Assembly: GCF_009914755.1 (NCBI RefSeq)
Contig: NC_060926.1
Strand: one strand, 5' to 3'
DNA length: 64,000 nt
Source: the human T2T-CHM13v2.0 reference genome, Homo sapiens
This document shows, piece after piece, positions 57,100 through 64,000 of the stretch. The first letter of the stretch is position 1; every line of letters begins with the position of its first letter. The notes beneath the pieces were generated by a model. It was not told the DNA's origin, ran no database searches, and saw only the letters and a list, made by a program, of their open reading frames with translations. A program made the position numbers and the translations under genes.

Positions 57100-58185
57100 T
57101 ATCGGGACAACCAGACCCCAGTATTTCAAGGTAGGTTCTTTTCTATTTTTCCCTAAGTATCGGCCAGAGTGAGAAATAAAGAGAAAGACTACAAAAGAGA
57201 GAAATTTTACAGCTGGGCCTCTGGAGGTGACATCACATGTTGGCAGGTTCCGTGATGCCCCTTGAGCCGCAAAACCAGCAAGTTTTTATTAGGGATTTCA
57301 AAAGCGGAGGGGGGTATGAACAGGGAGTAAGTCACAAAGATCACATGCTTTGAAAGGGCAATAAAAGATCACAAGGGCAGACAGGCAGAGGAAGATCACA
57401 AGGCCAGGGTGAAATTAGAATTACTGATGAGGTTCCATGTCCTGCTGGGCACGCATTGTCATTGATAAACATCTTAACAGGAAACAGGGTTCGAGAGCTG
57501 ACAACTGGTCTGACTAGAATTCGCCAGGCTGGAATTTCCTAATCCTAGCAAGCCTGAGGGCGCTGCAGGAGACCAGGGTGTATTTCATCCCTTATCTTCA
57601 ACTGCATAAGACAGACAGTCCCAGAGCGGCCATTTTAGAGATCTCCCTCTGGGAATGCATTCCTTTCCCAGGGTTATTCCTTGCTGGGAAAAGAATTCAG
57701 CGATATTTCTCCTATTTGCTTTCTGCAAGAAGAGAAATATGACTCTGTTCTGCCAGGCCCCGCAGGCAGTCAGACCTTATGGTTATCTCCCTTGTTCCCT
57801 GAAAATCGCTGTTATTCTGTTCTTTTTTAGGATGCCCAGATTTCATATTGTTCAAACACAATGTTTTACAAACAATTTGTACAGATAACACAATCATCAC
57901 AGGGTCCTGAGGCAACATACATCCTCAGCTTACGAAGATGACAGGATTAAGAGATTAAAGTAAAGGCAGGCATAGGAAATTATAAGAGTATTGTTTGGGG
58001 AAGTGATAAATGTCCATGAAATCTTCACAATTTATGTTCAGAGATTGCAGTAAAGACAAGCGTAAGAAATTATAAAAGTGTTAATTTGGGGAACTAATAA
58101 ATGTCCGTGAAATCTTCACAATTTATGCTCTTCTGCCGCGGCTTCAACCGGTCCCTCCATTCGGGGTCCCTGACTTCCCGCAACA
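57100..58185 (-). mobile_element. MER11 solo LTR (ERVK / HML-8)
   Basis: 1086 bp; ends gggtccctgacttcccgcaaca; 6-bp TSD tagaac at 57094-57099 and 58186-58191. Confidence 0.9.
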
Positions 58186-58447
58186 TAGAACCTTTTCATC
58201 TTGCAAAACTGAAACTCTGTGCCCATTGAACAATAACTCTCCATTCATCCCTTCTCCCAGCCCCTGTTATATTGGGTTTGATGGATTTTCTTTACATATT
58301 TGTCTCCTCACATTAGATTCCGACTTATGGAATTTGTTCATTTTTTTGTCCCCAGTGCCTATGACTTAGTAGGTGTGTAATAAGTGTCCACTGAATAAAT
58401 GTAAGCATGAACAACAGAATGAGTCTTTTCAAGTAGAGGTGTGGTAA

Positions 58448-58970
58448 TGTGTCCAGAGTTGGCTCCTGTTGGTGGGTTCATGGTCTTGCTGACTTAAAGA
58501 ATGGAGCCGTGGACCTTCACGGTGAGTGTTACAGCTCTTAAAGATGGCACAGACCCAAAGAGTGAGCGGTAGCAAGGTTTATTGTGAAGAACAAAAGGAC
58601 AAAGCTTCCACAGCATGGAAGGGGACCCACGAGAGTTGTCACTGCAGGCTGGGGTGGCCAGCTTTTATTCCCTTATTGTCCCCTCCTATGTTCTGTTTCT
58701 GTCCTATCAGAGTGCCCTTTTTTCAATCCTCCCCATGATTGGCTACTTTTAGAATCCTGCTAATTGGTGCATTTTATAGAGCGCTGATTGGTGCATTTTA
58801 CAGAGAGCTGATTGGTGCATTTTACAGAGCACTGATTGGTGCGTTTTACTGACTGCTGATTGGTGCATTTTACAGAGCACTGATTGGTGCGTTTTACAAT
58901 CCTCTTGTAAGACAGGAAAGATCCCCAAGTCCCCACTCCACCCAGGAAGTCCAGCTGGCCTCACCTCTCA
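58448..58970 (-). mobile_element. LTR12-family (LTR12F-like, HERV9) solo LTR
   Basis: tgtgtccagagttgg...cctcacctctca; 24-bp tandem units with ATTGG; 4-bp flanks gtaa / gtat. Confidence 0.85.
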
Positions 58971-61900
58971 GTATTAATAATAAATTGAAGGTGTGGCTGG
59001 CACTGTTTTTTGCTTGCTTAACCCCTCCCCTTTACTTCTGTTTTTAACAAAACCCAGATTTCACTCATGATGACAATGTGCCTAGCCCTCACAATGATTC
59101 TTGGGTGGTCTGGTCCGCCTGCACAATATAATAATCCAGATGGCTTTTAAAAATACAGATTCCTGCTTTCCCTCCATGAATCTAATTTAATTGGTCAGAG
59201 GTGGGGCCTAGGCATTAAGAATTTAAAAATCTCCCACAAGGCTAGACAATCATTGTCAGGCAATTGAGTTCTTGACCAGATATATTTGCTTCCCAGAGTT
59301 TTTAATCCCCATGGATGGTCATGTTACCTGGTTCTGGTCAGTGAAACTTTGCTGGATTTTCTGGAAAACTTTTTGCTTTTCTTCTAAAAGGAACAGATGT
59401 CAGGAAACCCAGTGTTGCATCACCTGCTTCTTTTCTGTCTTGAGTGCAGGTATGAAGCCTTATGCAGTGGTAGCCATCTTGCAACCATGAGGCACTTGAC
59501 TAAGCAAAAAGAAAAAAAAAGAAAAAAAAATCCAACAAGGTAAGAATGGGAAGCAGAAAGTTGGACAGAGCCTGGACCCTAAATAACATGATCAAACCCT
59601 GGGCCTGCCTACCTTTTCTTGTTAAGTAAACAATGAATGTCGTTATAGTTTAATCCCCTCAAACCTTCTATTATTACTTGCTTACAAAAGCATTCTGATC
59701 TGAAACAAAGAATATCCTGCACCAAGCTCATAAACAAAGCAGATACATCCCTGGGATGAAATGGTTTTGAGAAAACCTGGCCAAAGCTCTATAGCTATTT
59801 GCCCAAATGTATAACAGTTATTACAAAAGTCCGTGCTATTTCTCATGAAACATTCCCTGAGGCCATTACCAAAAACAGACCACGGTTGGATATGTTATAA
59901 TTCTTACTCAGTTTTGCACTTGTGGTTTTATATTTCTAGTTATTAATATAAGTATGGTAGAAGGGCATATCTAATTTAAAAAAAATATTCATGCATTGAA
60001 CAATTAGTGAGCATCCACTCTATGACAGGCACTGTTTTAGCTAAGTATACAGAAAACATTAGTAAACAAAACAAATATTCCTGTCCTTAAAAAATCCCTG
60101 TGGCATTTATATTCTAATTGGGGGTAAAGGGAGGCAAGAAAATAAAGACATGTGGTGTGTTAGAAGGTGAAAATGCAACAAACAAACAAATAAAAAATAA
60201 CCAAAAACTAAAATAAAATCTGAGGAGGCTAAGGGTTATTAGAGATATAGGAAAGAGAACGGTTTACAGTTTTAAGTCAGGTTGAGAGGGCAGCCCTTAC
60301 TCACAAGATTTTACTTTTGAAACATCTTTAAATACTCAGATAAAAACATAACTATAAGGAATCAAATGATATAATCTTAAATACTAGTTTCATTTTCTGA
60401 ATACGTAACATAATGGCCATATGTTCTGCAAAGGGCAAATTAAGTTTAAATCTGTTAAACACAGATAAGGGAAAAAACTATGATCCTTGATTGTGCTAAG
60501 ACAGCAAGTCCTCCTATCTACCTCATATTCTCATTAGACATTTCAAGATGCATAATTTTTGAAAACCAAACATTGGTATGATCTTCTGCAGTTTGCATTT
60601 ACAGAATTAAAAACAATGGTTTTTTAAAAATAGTAATTTGTTTGTTTTAGGTACTGGCAATATGGTGGTGAACAAGCCTAAAGAGGCCCATGCTCATGGA
60701 GCTAAAAGGGCATTGCAATGGCAACATGTTGCTCTTTGGGAACAGGAAAAGGATACAACCAGTAGTAGGCATTCCGGGGACCTCTGACAGGTGCCACTCT
60801 TGTTACTCTTGGCTTTCTGTTTTCCTTTAGTAGATTTAAAAGTAGTCTGTGAATCCCCAAGAAAACCCCACAACCAGGAATACAAACAGTTGGGAAAGAA
60901 GCAGATGTAAGAGTTAGTTTCTCCATGGAGTTTTCCTAAGATTTTACCTCAATTAATTGCTTGAGATATTTATAAAAATCGTGTACATAAGTTATCAATT
61001 TCTATGTATAATATTTTAAGAGGTTTTTAACAATTACTCTGAGACAACGGTAAAAAGCTAATTACTTAAAGAAATGCCAAGGTCTCCATAGTCCTGGGCT
61101 TGAATATTGCTGATATTTAATTATTGTCATCTAAAACTAAAGGTTCTTATGGGAAGCCCACTGGGGTAAATGCTTTACTAGCTTCCCCTTGGCTTATTTT
61201 TATAAAAAAGAGTCTTTTAAAAGTGTACTTGGGGGATGGAGAATAGAACACCAAAAACCAAAGAGAAGGTTATTCTTTTCTAAAAATAGCCATGATGGTG
61301 GATACAGCTTCACCTTCAGCCAAATCACAGCAGTATATGGGGGTCCCCATGTCTTCTTTAGGGCACCTGGTAATCATATGATATTACTTATTTAAAAAAT
61401 TATGCAGAACAAACAGAAGTCTCTAGAGGTCAGGGCCTTCAAGGGAAATTGTCTAAGGACAGTTGGTGTTTCATGGCTATGTGTTTTCAGCCCAGTTTGT
61501 TGTTATGAAGAGAGAAGAGAATAAAAAATGTTCTGTTTAACCTGCTCTGTGTTCTGTTTTCATCCCTGAGTTTTTATGATGGCCTTGTGGTCTGAAGTTT
61601 TATGATGCAAAATGAAAACTGTTTATTTTACTCAGACTTCAACATCTGACAGAGGCAAATCATCCAATCTGACATCCTAGATAAGGTGTAAACAGAACTT
61701 TGATAAGATACAACCTGAGGAACAAGTTTAAAAAATAGTAATTGCCTCTGGAAACAGTTTTTTATAAGCATCTTCCTGTTTATTCCATTTGATTGCATTA
61801 GCACTAGCATTGCCTACAGAAATGAAATTTTATAATGTATTTTTTTTTTACTGTTCAACACAGTTCAGTAAATAAATGTCAGAAGGAAATCTGCATCAAA

Positions 61901-62493
61901 TTTCAAGTTGCTTGGTGCTGCTTCTTTGATTTTGAAAATGAACACAGCTATATGTTTTGTGTGTGGTAGGCCCATTTCAATAATAATATTTAGAATTCAA
62001 AGAATATCTTTTTCCTATACATCTTTGGAAAACGTGAATTGGTAGATGCAGGGATTCTAATTACTTTTTTTGGAGTTAGTAGTATAATTTATTTAAATAC
62101 AGGTTTTAATACAACCAGTGTAACGTTTCACAGAAAAAATGATATGTCAAGCTATTAATTATTTGCAGTTTACTTTGGAAATACTTCTAAATCATTGTGT
62201 GAATTGAAATGACTAGTTGTAGTAATTATTGAGTAGGCTTGATGAGTTAATAGAACAAGTTGTTCTATGAGGACTTACAAGCACAAGAGAAAAAAAAAGG
62301 CTTAAGTAAAATGATAGATTAAAGGTTTAGGATGAACACAACTAACACATATGTAGAGTCCCATATGCCATGAAGACCATGAGGCACAATGTCAGCCTTG
62401 AGTCAAACAGTCCTATTTATAGAAATGATTCCTAAGTAGAAATTTCTCACAATAAAGATTCAGAACCTTTTAAGAAACTTCACCTAAGATGAG

Positions 62494-62899
62494 TGTATTA
62501 GCCCGTTCTTGCATTGCTATGAAGAAATACCTGAGACTGGGTAATTTATAAAGAAAAGAGGTTTAAATTGCTCATGGTTCTACAGGCTGTATAGGAAGCT
62601 TGGTGCTGGCATCTGCTCAGCTTCTGGGGAGGCCTCAGGAAATTCATAATTATGGTGGAAGGCGAAGGGGAAGCAGGCATGTCACATGGCCAGAGCAGGA
62701 GCAAGAGAGTGATGGAGTTGTGGGGGGTTGCACACACTTTTAAATGACTAGATCTTTCATGAACACTTACACACACTCTAAACCATTCATGAGAAACCGC
62801 CCCCATGATCCAATCAGCTTCCACCAGGCCCCACCTCCAACACTGGGGATTACATTTCAACATGAGATTTGGGTGGGGACACATATCCAAACTATATTA
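62494..62899 (-). mobile_element. MST-family MaLR solo LTR
   Basis: tgtattagcccgttcttgcattgctat...ccaaactatatta; 5-bp TSD atgag. Confidence 0.9.
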
Positions 62900-63183
62900 A
62901 TGAGGAATGTATTTTATTCTTCCCCTCTAGGCTTCCTTTGTTACAGAGCTTATGGTTCTTGGAGTTTGAATGTTCAAATTAAAAAGTGTATCCAGAGACA
63001 TGGAAAGTAAACTTTCCCCACTGGCATCATTAATTACATATTCTGGACCCAAGTTCTGCTTGTGAACCTGATCTTGGAGTCATGAGCTTTGCCAATTTTT
63101 CTTGCTCTATTTTTATTTCTGTTGCCTGTATGATTTTTTTTTAAAAAAAGGTCTCCTAAATTTTGGTGAAACTTTGCTACTTG

Positions 63184-63623
63184 TGTTAAACAAAATTTAG
63201 AGGCGGCCTTTGGTTTGGACTGAGATCCTGCACTAGGTCTGACAGGCCAAACCCAAATGGAGTCACTCATGCTGAAGCTCCACACCACCAAGCTGAAACT
63301 AAGTTGTTTATCTGACCTTCCCAGAAATAGAGAGAGAGCTATAATAGCCAAATCCCCAAGCAGGCTGGTTTTAGTTGGCATGATAAGGAAGTCCCTTCTG
63401 CTTTAGCCTTCACAAGGAAAGTAACTTTGAAATGACCAATCTACTTTTTGTTCTGTTGCTGCTTTATTCAGCTCTTTTCTATCTGTAAAGCCAACCTCCT
63501 CTGCTCAGCTCATGGGAACACTCATCCTATCTTACAGAATGAGGTGTTGCCCGATTCTAGAATCACAAATAAAAGCCAATTTATATCGTTAAACTAAATT
63601 TGTTGTAATTTTGTCTTTTGACA
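63184..63623 (+). mobile_element. ERV1 (MER4-group) solo LTR, subfamily uncertain
   Basis: TG...CA ends, internal AATAAA, aaatggagtcactcatgct motif; flanks cttg / cttt. Confidence 0.7.
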
Positions 63624-64000
63624 CTTTTGAAGTCTGATAATCCTATTTTTATATCTTTTCATCCCTGCTCAGAATGAGGTATAGCTTTTTGACCTACACC
63701 ATCATGGTTAGAGTTAAGAGAAAAGATTCTTTATACTTCTATTTTAAAAATTGATTTCCTACCGTAGAGGTCCTTCATGCTAACAGCTTGCTTTCTATGG
63801 TACTGATCATTAAAATATTTCTGCCCCAACTATCATTTCTGACAGTCATTTTTAGGAGGCGTTCGAAGAACTAAATAAAAGATAGCCTCCTAAATTTGGA
63901 TTTCTTTACATGTCGAACTCTATTATCTCCTTATTACAGATATCAGGCTCTTTCCTCTGTCCCCTCCCCAACAACATTTATTTCTATACATGGATATTCT

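Noticed and set aside
57975-58130. About 90-bp tandem duplication
   Set aside because: Internal repeat characteristic of MER11 LTRs, not locus-specific
58749-58964. ORF with repeated KMHQSAL peptide
   Set aside because: It is the translation of the 24-bp LTR12 CCAAT repeats

Overview
Primate, very probably human, genomic DNA. It carries Alu, L1, L2, MIR, MaLR and ERV repeats, including a full-length AluYa5. The one protein-coding gene is THUMPD2 on the minus strand, a THUMP-domain, Rossmann-fold RNA m2G methyltransferase. All 10 coding exons were reconstructed from the sequence (ATG at 46236, TAG at 3731-3733; 1512 nt = 503 aa + stop; all introns GT-AG with matching phases). A CpG-island promoter and a purine tract lie at about 45.9-46.4 kb. 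The remaining 46.4-64 kb is repeat-rich non-coding DNA (Tigger3b, MER11, LTR12, MST LTRs). Almost all other ORFs in the track are repeat-derived or chance. I see no foreign insert, CRISPR array or RNA gene, and I cannot demonstrate a new biological system. The best hypotheses concern splicing control of THUMPD2 itself: a young AluYa5 forms an inverted pair around the weak, frame-shifting exon 5, and there are two candidate poison exons. Other notable items are a nested BlackJack-type hAT transposase fossil, a short mRNA-3'-end retrocopy, and templated fold-back repair scars. Repeat subfamily names come from remembered consensus sequences, and their edges are approximate unless a TSD is quoted.
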